Origin: a virus
Lineage: Duplodnaviria; Caudoviricetes
Reading direction: 5' to 3' (one strand)
DNA: 24,953 bases
Virus record (IMG/VR): IMGVR_UViG_3300016484_000641
Coordinates: 1-24,953 of that record
This document shows, piece after piece, positions 9,406-17,304 of the stretch (the stretch's first letter is position 1; each line of letters begins with the position of its first letter). The notes below the pieces were generated by a model. It was not told the origin of the DNA, did not search any database, and worked only from the letters and a program-made list of their open reading frames with translations. Made by a program: the position numbers and the translations under genes.

Positions 9406-9875
9406 TATTTGCCTTTCTTTTGTTTGTCTTTTTTCTTACCGTTAATTCTTGTGTGCGGTTTTCCTACGTTGCCGCTTGGACCTTTGCCCATTTGTTTTCT
9501 CCTTTTGTTTTTAAAAAATTCATAAAATAAATTTTGAGATATTTTTTGAATTGCATAAGCTTCAAATTCATCTCCACAAATTTTCTCACCCATTTCCCTT
9601 TTGTGCTCTTGGAAAATATGAACGGCCTCGTGAACCAACAAAGCCAATATCTGTTTAATTTCTTGATTTTTAAAACACAAACCTACTATGCAAACAGTTT
9701 CGCCTTTTTCATTTTGCAGTGTGTGAGTTGTGGCATCTGACCCAGAAGAAACAAACGGATTTCCAACAGGCGCATTTAATTTTTTTAAAATTTGGTCAAA
9801 TTGTTTTTGGCTCTCAACTAGGCAGTGATACGGTAGGGGGTAAGAAATTCTTTCACACCAATTTATGTTTTTCAT
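9405..9875 (-). CDS. Putative zinc metallopeptidase-like protein (HExxH)
   Basis: LLVHEAVH followed by DEFEAY; very basic C-terminal tail. Confidence 0.6.
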   Translation of the reverse strand: MKNINWCERISYPLPYHCLVESQKQFDQILKKLNAPVGNPFVSSGSDATTHTLQNEKGETVCIVGLCFKNQEIKQILALLVHEAVHIFQEHKREMGEKICGDEFEAYAIQKISQNLFYEFFKNKRRKQMGKGPSGNVGKPHTRINGKKKDKQKKGK

Positions 9876-11311
9876 ATCTTATTCCTTTCACTCTCGACGA
9901 CAAAATCTCCCAATGGGAACACAGCATTTTCGCGAACCTCCGCGACTTGCTTTCCTTCCCAACGGAACGCCTTGAAAAATTCGGTGATCGTTTCAAGCGA
10001 CGGATAGGTCCCCTTGCCTTGGTGTCCGAACTCTCTCAAAAAAGCAATTCGCATCTCAGGCAGTGTCAGCTTCGGATGTTGTTTGTCGAAAATCCTGTTG
10101 ATAATAAACTTGATCTCAGGGAGAGCCGCTTCCTTCGTCATGCGCTCGTAGGTCTTTCCGTGATAGGCTTCAAACTTTTTGTACTGATAGTTTTCCTCAA
10201 GCCACGCGATAAAGTTTCCGACGATCTCGTCGTCTTTGAGTTCCGCGACCAAGTGATCCACCCACACCTCGCCCATCTCGGTGAGAAGGTTTTTCTCTGT
10301 GAGTTCCGGAACCGAGAACCTGCGCGGTGTCGTGGGATCAATGTGAATTGCGTAGTGATAATTTGTCGCCAAAACAAAAGAGCACGTGTTCGTGATCGTT
10401 CTTTGGTTTTGAAATTTCCCCTCGATCATCAGCGAGTCGTTGATCCTGTTTTTAAGAACATCGCCTTGGGACCTAGACCACACCGAAAACTCGTCGATGA
10501 AACCCAAAGTTTTAAACTCAATGTACCCGATGAAGTGATTTGTGATGAAGTCCTCCTTACCTAAGAAGAAATTCTGCTCGCCGTGAATAGTTTTAAGGAG
10601 TGTGCCCGCGAACAAACTTTTACCAGAGCCTTGGGGACCACAGAGCACGAGATATTCTTGGCTTCGGCCCTTGATCGAGCGAAGTATCCACCGCATTGCA
10701 ACATCACGCGATCGTTGCTCAGGAAACAGGAACTCAAAAAAGAACTGCATCTTTTCTGTGATCTCGGGCTTGCGCGTTAGTTTTTTCCACGGAGGCGAGA
10801 TGTAGAGGTTGATGAAACCAGGCTTTGTGGCAACGGAGAATGGGTCGTAGTGAGGCGTAAGGAAGTCGGGCCTACATCTGATCTCGTCCCACACTTTAAA
10901 CGGCGTCATGGCCTTTATCGCGTCCACGGTAAAGTCTGCAGGTTTGTGCGTTCCTTTTTCGACAAATATCTGTCGCGTCATGTCAGGACTCTTGAGGTTC
11001 ACAAGCTCGTAGTTTTCGATCACGTGCTTAACATGGTCGTTGATAAACAGCGGTTGTTGCTCCGTGGATTGTTGCGGTTGGTTCTCTTGCACGACGGACA
11101 TGACTGCCGCATGGAACTTCGAGCGCATCTCCTCACGAGAGCATTCAAAAAAACCCTCGAAGGGTCGGGTGAGGACAAGCTCGGCGTTTTTAAGTAAGAA
11201 CTTCTCAAGGTCCTGTGGTGCGTAGATCAAGTCTCTAAATTTGATCGTGGTCTTTTTGTGGTAGACGAAATTCTCTTTCGCCCACGCCTCGAAGGTCGGT
11301 GTTGTGTTCAT
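9872..11311 (-). CDS. SF3/DUF5906-type P-loop helicase (primase-helicase family, no primase domain evident)
   Basis: GPQGSGKS (Walker A), GFIDE (Walker B), IEGKF, VLATN (motif C) and RRF; start re-called at ATG 11311 after a GGGGGGAG RBS. Confidence 0.85.
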   Translation of the reverse strand: MNTTPTFEAWAKENFVYHKKTTIKFRDLIYAPQDLEKFLLKNAELVLTRPFEGFFECSREEMRSKFHAAVMSVVQENQPQQSTEQQPLFINDHVKHVIENYELVNLKSPDMTRQIFVEKGTHKPADFTVDAIKAMTPFKVWDEIRCRPDFLTPHYDPFSVATKPGFINLYISPPWKKLTRKPEITEKMQFFFEFLFPEQRSRDVAMRWILRSIKGRSQEYLVLCGPQGSGKSLFAGTLLKTIHGEQNFFLGKEDFITNHFIGYIEFKTLGFIDEFSVWSRSQGDVLKNRINDSLMIEGKFQNQRTITNTCSFVLATNYHYAIHIDPTTPRRFSVPELTEKNLLTEMGEVWVDHLVAELKDDEIVGNFIAWLEENYQYKKFEAYHGKTYERMTKEAALPEIKFIINRIFDKQHPKLTLPEMRIAFLREFGHQGKGTYPSLETITEFFKAFRWEGKQVAEVRENAVFPLGDFVVESERNKI

Positions 11312-11355
11312 GCTCCCCCAACAAGCTGATGATTTTATGATCGGTCTGGTTGTCA

Positions 11356-11385
11356 GGAGTACACGCAAAGTTTTGTGCAGGTCAA
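11356..11385 (-). promoter_or_regulatory. Sigma70-like promoter upstream of the helicase gene
   Basis: TTGACC-N18-TACTCC, same architecture as the promoter at 4315-4344. Confidence 0.45.
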
Positions 11386-11933
11386 AAAAATTTGCACCGA
11401 GACATGAATTTTTGTGGCCTCAGAAAAAATTCGTTCTACCGTGAAAAAAATCGTAGACTCACCATATAAGAAAATGACACAGCGACTAATCCGCACGACG
11501 ACATCATTTCGTTTTTCTTTTATTATTTCTTTTGAGTTTCAATCACTCCGAAGTGATTTTCTAAATGAAACCTATGACGCGGCGACCGCGAAATGAGGTC
11601 AATCGTCTTAAGCACCGTGTTATGGGGTTATATTGGAGCTTCGTTTTTAAGTCGAATATAACCCCCATTGACACACCGCTTAAGACGATTGACTCTAATT
11701 GATACTTATTCTCAGTTAGAGCGTGACGCAAACAGCTACAAACGAATCGCTGCGTCATGGTCACTATTGCACTGCATTGAACTTTTTGTGCTACGCCCCA
11801 ATGCGACTCTTGGCGTTGCGTTGCCGCTCCGTTGCATTGTGTGTTTGTTGTGCATTTGAGGCCGTTTTTCATGGAAATAATTATACCACACTTGGAAATT
11901 GTTACAACGGTCGGTGACGGCCAGTGTGGGTTC

Positions 11934-12032
11934 TCAGTATCCGTTTTTGTCCAGATAAGCGCAGATTTTTGGAACCGCAATAAGGAACAGGATGCACCCA
12001 ATTATGAGTGCGATGCGGAGTGTCTCGTTCAT
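11934..12032 (-). CDS. Small membrane peptide (32 aa), below the ORF-track size cutoff
   Basis: MNETLRIALIIGCILFLIAVPKICAYLDKNGY; ATGA overlap with the upstream stop codon. Confidence 0.55.
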   Translation of the reverse strand: MNETLRIALIIGCILFLIAVPKICAYLDKNGY

Positions 12033-12322
12033 TGGGTTTGCCTTCGGACGACTTCGGCCAACTTGTCGTACAGGCCCGAGATTTTGATGTCAGCATCGGC
12101 CCCGATGCCTTGCTTCTCGTTTGTGATCTGTAGGTAGTCGTGGAGTGCTCGGATATTTTTGTGGTCGAGGTAGCACACAAGTTCGGCGGGGTTCCTATGG
12201 AACTCGACTGTGTACTTCTCCCACAGATGGGGTGCCTTGTCTGGACCGAAGCAATCTCGAAATTCTTTGGCACCCATGCAGTACAATATTCGGATCGCGT
12301 TTTGAAATTGATGAGCGTTCAT
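12029..12322 (-). CDS. Hypothetical protein
   Basis: 97-aa ORF coupled to its neighbours. Confidence 0.65.
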   Translation of the reverse strand: MNAHQFQNAIRILYCMGAKEFRDCFGPDKAPHLWEKYTVEFHRNPAELVCYLDHKNIRALHDYLQITNEKQGIGADADIKISGLYDKLAEVVRRQTQ

Positions 12323-13077
12323 TTTACTATCCTCGTTTTCTCGATTAGGGGTTTGTCCTCGGGGCCTTTTGTGTAGTCAGACACCCAAGTAAAGTTTTGA
12401 ATTGGATTTCCTTCACGGTCTTTCCCGATGCGGTTTGGTAGGCTACGCCAATGGCCTCGCACCGACCAACGGAACGACCAATCTATGTTTTGTGGAACCT
12501 TGGCTTGAAGGCTTTCGCGTTGGTTCTTTGGCACCACAAAGATGAATTTGTGGGGGCGTATGAATTGCTTGCCTTGGCGGGTCCTGACTCGGACTTTCCC
12601 AAGGGCGGGGGAAGTTCCGAAGGTGGACTTTGTCATTCGATTGAGAAGGTGTTGGACCACTCCGAGAAAATGCTTTTGGACAGCTTTGAAAGACTCGGTC
12701 TTGCTGTCGTGGTATCCGTGTTGAAAAGCATAGATACTTGCTTTTCTTTTATCTCCCTTGTCAGCCATAAGGATAAGGATGTCATATTTTTTAGGTTCGA
12801 TCTCCTCAACTAACACGCCCCACACGTTTACTTCTCTCCCCGCCTCGTTGATGACAGTCAGAGATTTGTCCCCAAACATCTCAAAAAAACAACACTTAAA
12901 CGGCAAGTCTACTTGCTCACTTGGGTCAACCACAACTTCCGTATCTCCTTCGGGCATAAACACAAAGGGGTGTGCGTTGATAAATCTTATTTTCTCCTCA
13001 TCAGAAAATCCAACAGGTTTGCCGTTGGCGTGACATAAATTCTCAACAACTCTTTCTAAAAAAATTGAGAAATTCAC
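12319..13077 (-). CDS. Hypothetical phage protein with C-terminal VRGHWR motif
   Basis: 252 aa; the WSVRGHWR...WVSDYTKGP tail resembles a motif seen in uncharacterised phage early proteins. Confidence 0.7.
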   Translation of the reverse strand: MNFSIFLERVVENLCHANGKPVGFSDEEKIRFINAHPFVFMPEGDTEVVVDPSEQVDLPFKCCFFEMFGDKSLTVINEAGREVNVWGVLVEEIEPKKYDILILMADKGDKRKASIYAFQHGYHDSKTESFKAVQKHFLGVVQHLLNRMTKSTFGTSPALGKVRVRTRQGKQFIRPHKFIFVVPKNQRESLQAKVPQNIDWSFRWSVRGHWRSLPNRIGKDREGNPIQNFTWVSDYTKGPEDKPLIEKTRIVK

Positions 13078-13079
13078 AA

Positions 13080-13415
13080 TTAACTCCTCGGGTTAATGAT
13101 AATTGGAAAAATATATCCTAACTCGTTGCGCACACGAAAGATGAGGTACACGAGGACGAGCGCAAAGATCGTTGGAGTTATAAACCCAAACGCCCAGTCA
13201 GGGAAACCCATGTCGGTGTAGATTGTATATTTTTCAACACCTCGCCATCCTTTGATGAACGGAAGGAACCACAACCACACGTTGCACTCGGCGATGAGTT
13301 TGAGAAAGTGAAGGCGCGTCTTGTGGTAGTAGTAAAACGCTTTCGGGTTCTTTTCGTTTTTTGAAAGCGCAATAAGCAATGGGTCGTTGATACGGTCTGA
13401 TCTAATGAAAATCAT
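13080..13415 (-). CDS. Hypothetical membrane protein
   Basis: Two hydrophobic segments; ATGA overlap with the recombinase stop codon. Confidence 0.6.
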   Translation of the reverse strand: MIFIRSDRINDPLLIALSKNEKNPKAFYYYHKTRLHFLKLIAECNVWLWFLPFIKGWRGVEKYTIYTDMGFPDWAFGFITPTIFALVLVYLIFRVRNELGYIFPIIINPRS

Positions 13416-13987
13416 ACGGTCTCCGTTGTTGGGTTGTTAAGTGCTTCGATCCATGCGGATTGAGCTTTGTCCTTTGAGTTGTGGTGGACATATTCGAGGG
13501 TGCTGTTGATACTCTTGTGCCCTGCGAATTGCATCACAGCGTACACGTCGCCGAGTTTTTTGTACACGGTATCGAAACACGTGTGTCTGATCTGATGTAG
13601 CGTGTAGTTTGGAAGTCCAAGCGTTGTCGTGAGTCTCTTGAGAGTCCGCTGCAATACGATGCGCTGACACTTGTGGGTCTTGGAGTCAGTCGCTTTCGTG
13701 ATAAGCTCCGAGTTGATTGCGATGCTGTGGAGTTGTATCACACGTCGAACGTCTTTGATGAGTTCGGGAGACACCTTGATAGTTCGGTCGTGTGAGTTCT
13801 TTGAGCCATAAATCTGCAAAGTGTTGAGCGTGAAGTTAAAATCACGCGGTCTGATCTTAAGAGCTTCGTCGGTTCGACAACCTGACTCCACGATACAGCG
13901 GATGAGGATAAGGTTGATGTCGGTCACGTTGATGGTGTGCATTGCAATCTTTTGAAAGTCGTTTGTGGGTATGGTTCCAAGTTTCAT
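13412..13987 (-). CDS. Tyrosine recombinase, catalytic domain only (191 aa, FimB/FimE size)
   Basis: SGCRTDE (R), GSK (K), HQIRH (HxxR), AGH (H) and TLEY (Y) are all intact; start ATG 13987 follows AAGGAG. Confidence 0.88.
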   Translation of the reverse strand: MKLGTIPTNDFQKIAMHTINVTDINLILIRCIVESGCRTDEALKIRPRDFNFTLNTLQIYGSKNSHDRTIKVSPELIKDVRRVIQLHSIAINSELITKATDSKTHKCQRIVLQRTLKRLTTTLGLPNYTLHQIRHTCFDTVYKKLGDVYAVMQFAGHKSINSTLEYVHHNSKDKAQSAWIEALNNPTTETV

Positions 13988-13997
13988 GGTCGGCTCC

Positions 13998-14555
13998 TTA
14001 AAAATTGATAACGAGAATAAATTCATATGATCGGGCACTGTCGTTTGGTGTTCCGCAAATTTCATCGTGGATAACACGGTCGCAAACCATGATGTTGTTG
14101 TACACGCCGAGGGGTAGCGGGTTGAGTGTCGAAATACCTGTTTTGTCATCAAATTGGTCTGTCATGGTGTTGAGTGTTGGGTCAGAGTCTTTTGAGATCA
14201 CGTTGCCATCGGACACTTGAAAGCTACACGCAATCCTCGAGGCGTAGTCGGGTGTCACAAGGCCGTCGGTGTCATTCGGTGCTGTCTCCCAAAGAGCAAG
14301 CGCGGTCGTGTTGCCATTGTTTTGAGGGTCTTGAATGATTGAGTATGCGCCGTCTCGTATCGGTTGCCATCCTTTCACTGCAAGGTTGTACACCTCGACC
14401 GACTTGTTAGCGGGGTCTGCAAGAAAGTAGGCACCACACGCATACGTGAAACCTTTGGCTTGAATGCGTCGGTTTGCATCGTCGTTTGGTTCTTGAGCAA
14501 GACACGCAACGAGAGCGGGCATTGCAATCGCGATAAGTAGTAGATTTTTTAACAT
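13998..14555 (-). CDS. Putative lipoprotein
   Basis: Signal peptide MLKNLLLIAIAMPA plus lipobox-like LVAC; AAGGAG RBS. Confidence 0.7.
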   Translation of the reverse strand: MLKNLLLIAIAMPALVACLAQEPNDDANRRIQAKGFTYACGAYFLADPANKSVEVYNLAVKGWQPIRDGAYSIIQDPQNNGNTTALALWETAPNDTDGLVTPDYASRIACSFQVSDGNVISKDSDPTLNTMTDQFDDKTGISTLNPLPLGVYNNIMVCDRVIHDEICGTPNDSARSYEFILVINF

Positions 14556-14648
14556 ATAACACTCCTTGTTAGTTATTGGTTAAGGTGAGTCCCGATCGCG
14601 GTGTAAATCATTGTCGATACATACGCGCTCAAGACTCGGGTTAAAAAC

Positions 14649-14677
14649 TTGAATTGAATACCTGAAACACTTACACT
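14649..14677 (+). promoter_or_regulatory. Sigma70 promoter predicted to give a leaderless transcript of the 14684 ORF
   Basis: TTGAAT-N17-TACACT with the ATG starting 7 nt after the -10 box. Confidence 0.6.
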
Positions 14678-14683
14678 CAATGT

Positions 14684-14923
14684 ATGAGTGATTTTAAAAA
14701 CGAAGTTAAGAAGGGCAGAGAGAACAGGCAGTCGTGGATAAGTCGGGCCTTTGGCCTCGGCGGTGCTGATGAGGCAAAGGCTCAAGAGTCTGGATCTCAA
14801 GGGCAGCGTGAGGACATCCGAGCGACGATCGACCGAGCCAACGACGAACGAGCGGGCAAGGGTATGAACCTTGACAACGACAAAGTTAAGAAGTTTGTCG
14901 AGGGTTTTCGTCGAGGCAAGTAG
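14684..14923 (+). CDS. Small charged hypothetical protein, oriented against the early arm
   Basis: 79-aa ORF filling the gap between minus-strand genes, with its own promoter. Confidence 0.65.
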   Translation: MSDFKNEVKKGRENRQSWISRAFGLGGADEAKAQESGSQGQREDIRATIDRANDERAGKGMNLDNDKVKKFVEGFRRGK

Positions 14924-14946
14924 GAAAATTGAGGCAACGATAAGCT

Positions 14947-15333
14947 CTAACATACGTTGCCTTTCTTATCGGAAAACATACGCTCAAACTTGAACCCGCA
15001 TTTTTCCCATTCTGATACACTTACGAAATAGTCCAGTTCGGGGTCGTCTACAGGGACAAAAATAGTCTCGTTGTGTTTTCCGACCATGACCGCGCAATGT
15101 TTGAAACACTCACCCATGAGTCCGTGGATATATTTTTGAGTGAATTTTTTGTATCGCTTGAGCATGGCCTTTGAGTCGGGACATATCGGACTGATTGCAC
15201 CCGCCGAACACAAGTAGTAGATGCACAAGTCATCGTACCCTTTGTCATACGCAACGGCGAAGTCGGTCGGATACTCGGAGTCATACCATTGTTTCATATA
15301 TTCGTAGACTGATTCAGTTGAGCCGCGTTTCAT
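14947..15333 (-). CDS. Hypothetical protein
   Basis: 128-aa ORF with ATGA coupling. Confidence 0.65.
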   Translation of the reverse strand: MKRGSTESVYEYMKQWYDSEYPTDFAVAYDKGYDDLCIYYLCSAGAISPICPDSKAMLKRYKKFTQKYIHGLMGECFKHCAVMVGKHNETIFVPVDDPELDYFVSVSEWEKCGFKFERMFSDKKGNVC

Positions 15334-15665
15334 TTTACAACCCCTTGAATTTTACTAGCTGCAAGTTGAGCCGCTGCAAGGGTCTTATATCCTTGAAACC
15401 CGAGACCAACGGTCTCAATCGCTCCAGTGTCAAGACTGTACTCACGAATTGAATATCGTCGTGTCATGTCTGGACCTTTCTCACTCGAAATAAATAAAAC
15501 TTTGTTTTGTTGAGGCAAGTAGTAGAGTTTTTCGTTGAGTCTTGATTTGAAAAACCTCATTGAGTCCTCATCAAACCAATGACCTTTTGTTTTTTTATAG
15601 TAGTGATTTTTTACGTCGTCGATTGAATACATACCCGATTGATTTATAAATTCGGCTTTTGTCAT
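15330..15665 (-). CDS. Conserved-looking phage early protein (hypothetical)
   Basis: GHWFDEDSMRFFKSR...FISSE...RRYSIR pattern resembles a recurrent uncharacterised phage family. Confidence 0.7.
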   Translation of the reverse strand: MTKAEFINQSGMYSIDDVKNHYYKKTKGHWFDEDSMRFFKSRLNEKLYYLPQQNKVLFISSEKGPDMTRRYSIREYSLDTGAIETVGLGFQGYKTLAAAQLAASKIQGVVK

Positions 15666-15668
15666 GAC

Positions 15669-16157
15669 TTACTCCTCAATCAACGGTTGACCCCAATGAA
15701 TTGGAGCGTAGTCGAAATGTTCACCCTTACGATTGAATGCGCGATATACTGGAACAAATTGACACATTTCGCCGATACCGTTGAACAAACCAATCACTCC
15801 AACAAACTCGAAACGCGAAACGGACTTCGCTATTGATAAGACACGGTCGGATACATATTCTGTTCGTTTTCCGTTGCGCGGCTTACCGTCTTTCTTAAAA
15901 AAATAATCTTTCAACCATTGTTTTCCGAAATCACTTTGTTCTTTCGTGATCTTTCGCGGTGTTTTAAAAGTGAAACGCTCACCGTGGGATACGCAATAGT
16001 CGAGGTCCATACCCAATTCAGTGCAACGACTTATTATTTTGTCGGCTAGTTCGCGTCTTTCGGAGTATGGTGTAGAGAAACGAAGCCCCGAAAGGTGTTT
16101 TGTTAGTCCGTTCACTTGTGATTTTTTGTAAACTTTTAAATTTTTGTAGTCTGTCAT
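15669..16157 (-). CDS. Hypothetical protein
   Basis: Basic 162-aa ORF after an AAGGAG RBS and a sigma28-like promoter; TTG at 16163 is an alternative start. Confidence 0.7.
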   Translation of the reverse strand: MTDYKNLKVYKKSQVNGLTKHLSGLRFSTPYSERRELADKIISRCTELGMDLDYCVSHGERFTFKTPRKITKEQSDFGKQWLKDYFFKKDGKPRNGKRTEYVSDRVLSIAKSVSRFEFVGVIGLFNGIGEMCQFVPVYRAFNRKGEHFDYAPIHWGQPLIEE

Positions 16158-16178
16158 GGTCAACTCCTTGTTAAATAC

Positions 16179-16205
16179 TTATCGATCGAGTGTTGTAAAA
16201 CTTAA
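16179..16205 (-). promoter_or_regulatory. Sigma28 (FliA)-type promoter
   Basis: TTAAGTTT-N11-ATCGATAA versus the consensus TAAAGTTT-N11-GCCGATAA. Confidence 0.6.
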
Positions 16206-16233
16206 GTAGTGCAACAAAAATAAATTCTCATTT

Positions 16234-16491
16234 TTATACATCCTTATCCCAGTCGAATAGCTCAACCACGTGTCTGTCTCCATATGAGTCAACGAGATAC
16301 GTTGCAGTCCCTTGCTTGCAGTAAAATAAAATGTCCCGATGTGAGACAACGGCCCCATAAGTTTGCCACGTTTCGCCGTTTATCTTTAAGTAGAGTATTG
16401 TTGAAAATTCTTTCGTTGAGTTTGAGTGAACCGCCGTATCTATTAGTATTTTCCAAATTTTGTTTTGTTCTCTTTTCGTTGGTCTTTTCAT
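16234..16491 (-). CDS. Hypothetical protein
   Basis: 85-aa ORF with GAGG RBS. Confidence 0.65.
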   Translation of the reverse strand: MKRPTKREQNKIWKILIDTAVHSNSTKEFSTILYLKINGETWQTYGAVVSHRDILFYCKQGTATYLVDSYGDRHVVELFDWDKDV

Positions 16492-16499
16492 AAAAACCT

Positions 16500-16628
16500 C
16501 TATTTAAGTTTGAGCACAAGTATTGCGCCGTTGATTTTATTTCGGAAACAAACCAACCCGCCGAGTGTTCTCCACATGACTAACAGGTTAGGATTGAACG
16601 ACTGAATGAGTTCAATGTCTCGGCTCAT
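16500..16628 (-). CDS. Small hypothetical protein (42 aa), below the ORF-track size cutoff
   Basis: MSRDIELIQSFNPNLLVMWRTLGGLVCFRNKINGAILVLKLK; ATGA-coupled and fills the gap. Confidence 0.5.
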   Translation of the reverse strand: MSRDIELIQSFNPNLLVMWRTLGGLVCFRNKINGAILVLKLK

Positions 16629-16978
16629 TTGATACCTACCTTTGAGATGTCTACACAACTTGTTTGAACTTCGACGATGTGGAGCGAATACATTTCGTGT
16701 TGTGAGCCATCGTCGCTATTGTTAGAGGATGTAAAACAGTTGTTGTACTCGTCGTATTCAAAAGAACTAACGCGAAGTGATTTTTTTACTTTGGCAACGA
16801 GTTCCTCAAGTGTTGATGCTTTGAAAGTCTCAACTACGCCGTGATCTTGAAACGTATCGGGATCGCATGAACCGTCGTCTAAATAGTCCTCGGTCATCAA
16901 GCACAACTCGGCCTTATAAGTTGTGTAAGTCATCGGATCGAACTCGTTTTGTTTTTGTTTTGTCATTTCGTACCTCAC
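16625..16978 (-). CDS. Acidic hypothetical protein, first gene of the leftward arm
   Basis: ORF directly downstream of a sigma54 promoter; the true start may be ATG 16966 (GAGG RBS). Confidence 0.7.
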   Translation of the reverse strand: MRYEMTKQKQNEFDPMTYTTYKAELCLMTEDYLDDGSCDPDTFQDHGVVETFKASTLEELVAKVKKSLRVSSFEYDEYNNCFTSSNNSDDGSQHEMYSLHIVEVQTSCVDISKVGIK

Positions 16979-16995
16979 TTGTTGTATTGAGGTAT

Positions 16996-17011
16996 TGCAT
17001 GAGTGATGCCA
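16996..17011 (-). promoter_or_regulatory. Sigma54 (-24/-12) promoter, proximal
   Basis: TGGCATC-ACTC-ATGCA with exact GG-N10-GC spacing, just upstream of the first early gene. Confidence 0.6.
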
Positions 17012-17075
17012 AAGTGTTGCACTACTGAAACCTTAGACAACACGGACACTTATCGTTTTGAGACACCAGGAACAG

Positions 17076-17182
17076 GTGTTGAACTTTTATACGATCCAGC
17101 GTATCAAGTTGAGAATGTCAAGCAATGTTAGACACTTAACGCAGTGTAGAACTTATAGACGATGACTGAAACTTTTACACGA
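17076..17182. promoter_or_regulatory. Three imperfect 19-bp direct repeats, candidate enhancer (UAS) sites
   Basis: GTGTTGAACTTTTATACGA (17076), GTGTAGAACTTATAGACGA (17144) and GACTGAAACTTTTACACGA (17164), 65-170 bp upstream of the sigma54 promoter. Confidence 0.55.
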
Positions 17183-17220
17183 CGCATCTTTGCATCGGTA
17201 TTCTGTTAGTATGTGGTCGA

Positions 17221-17236
17221 TGTTCCACGTGGAACC
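17221..17236. promoter_or_regulatory. parS: parS-like palindrome (chromosomal ParB-binding type)
   Basis: TGTTCCACGTGGAACC has a perfect 14-bp core palindrome and matches TGTTCCACGTGGAACA at 15/16. Confidence 0.75.
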
Positions 17237-17238
17237 AT

Positions 17239-17254
17239 CGCAATTTTCGTGCCA
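17239..17254 (-). promoter_or_regulatory. Sigma54 (-24/-12) promoter, distal
   Basis: TGGCACG-AAAA-TTGC is an exact match to TGGCACG-N4-TTGC. Confidence 0.75.
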
Positions 17255-17304
17255 ACTTTTCACCTATACCCCAAAGGCACCCAAAGAAAATTCGGATGTA
17301 CCCC

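Noticed and set aside
9719-10564. 281-aa plus-strand ORF and other long antisense ORFs
   Set aside because: These are shadows of well-supported genes on the opposite strand.
11561-12001. 146-aa minus-strand ORF
   Set aside because: Unusual composition, no RBS, and it overlaps a better-coupled 32-aa peptide gene.
13988-14152. N-terminal extension of the recombinase ORF
   Set aside because: It overlaps the lipoprotein gene, and a strong RBS precedes ATG 13987.
14573-14953. 126-aa minus-strand ORF
   Set aside because: It looks like the antisense shadow of the promoter-backed plus-strand gene at 14684-14923, though it cannot be fully excluded.
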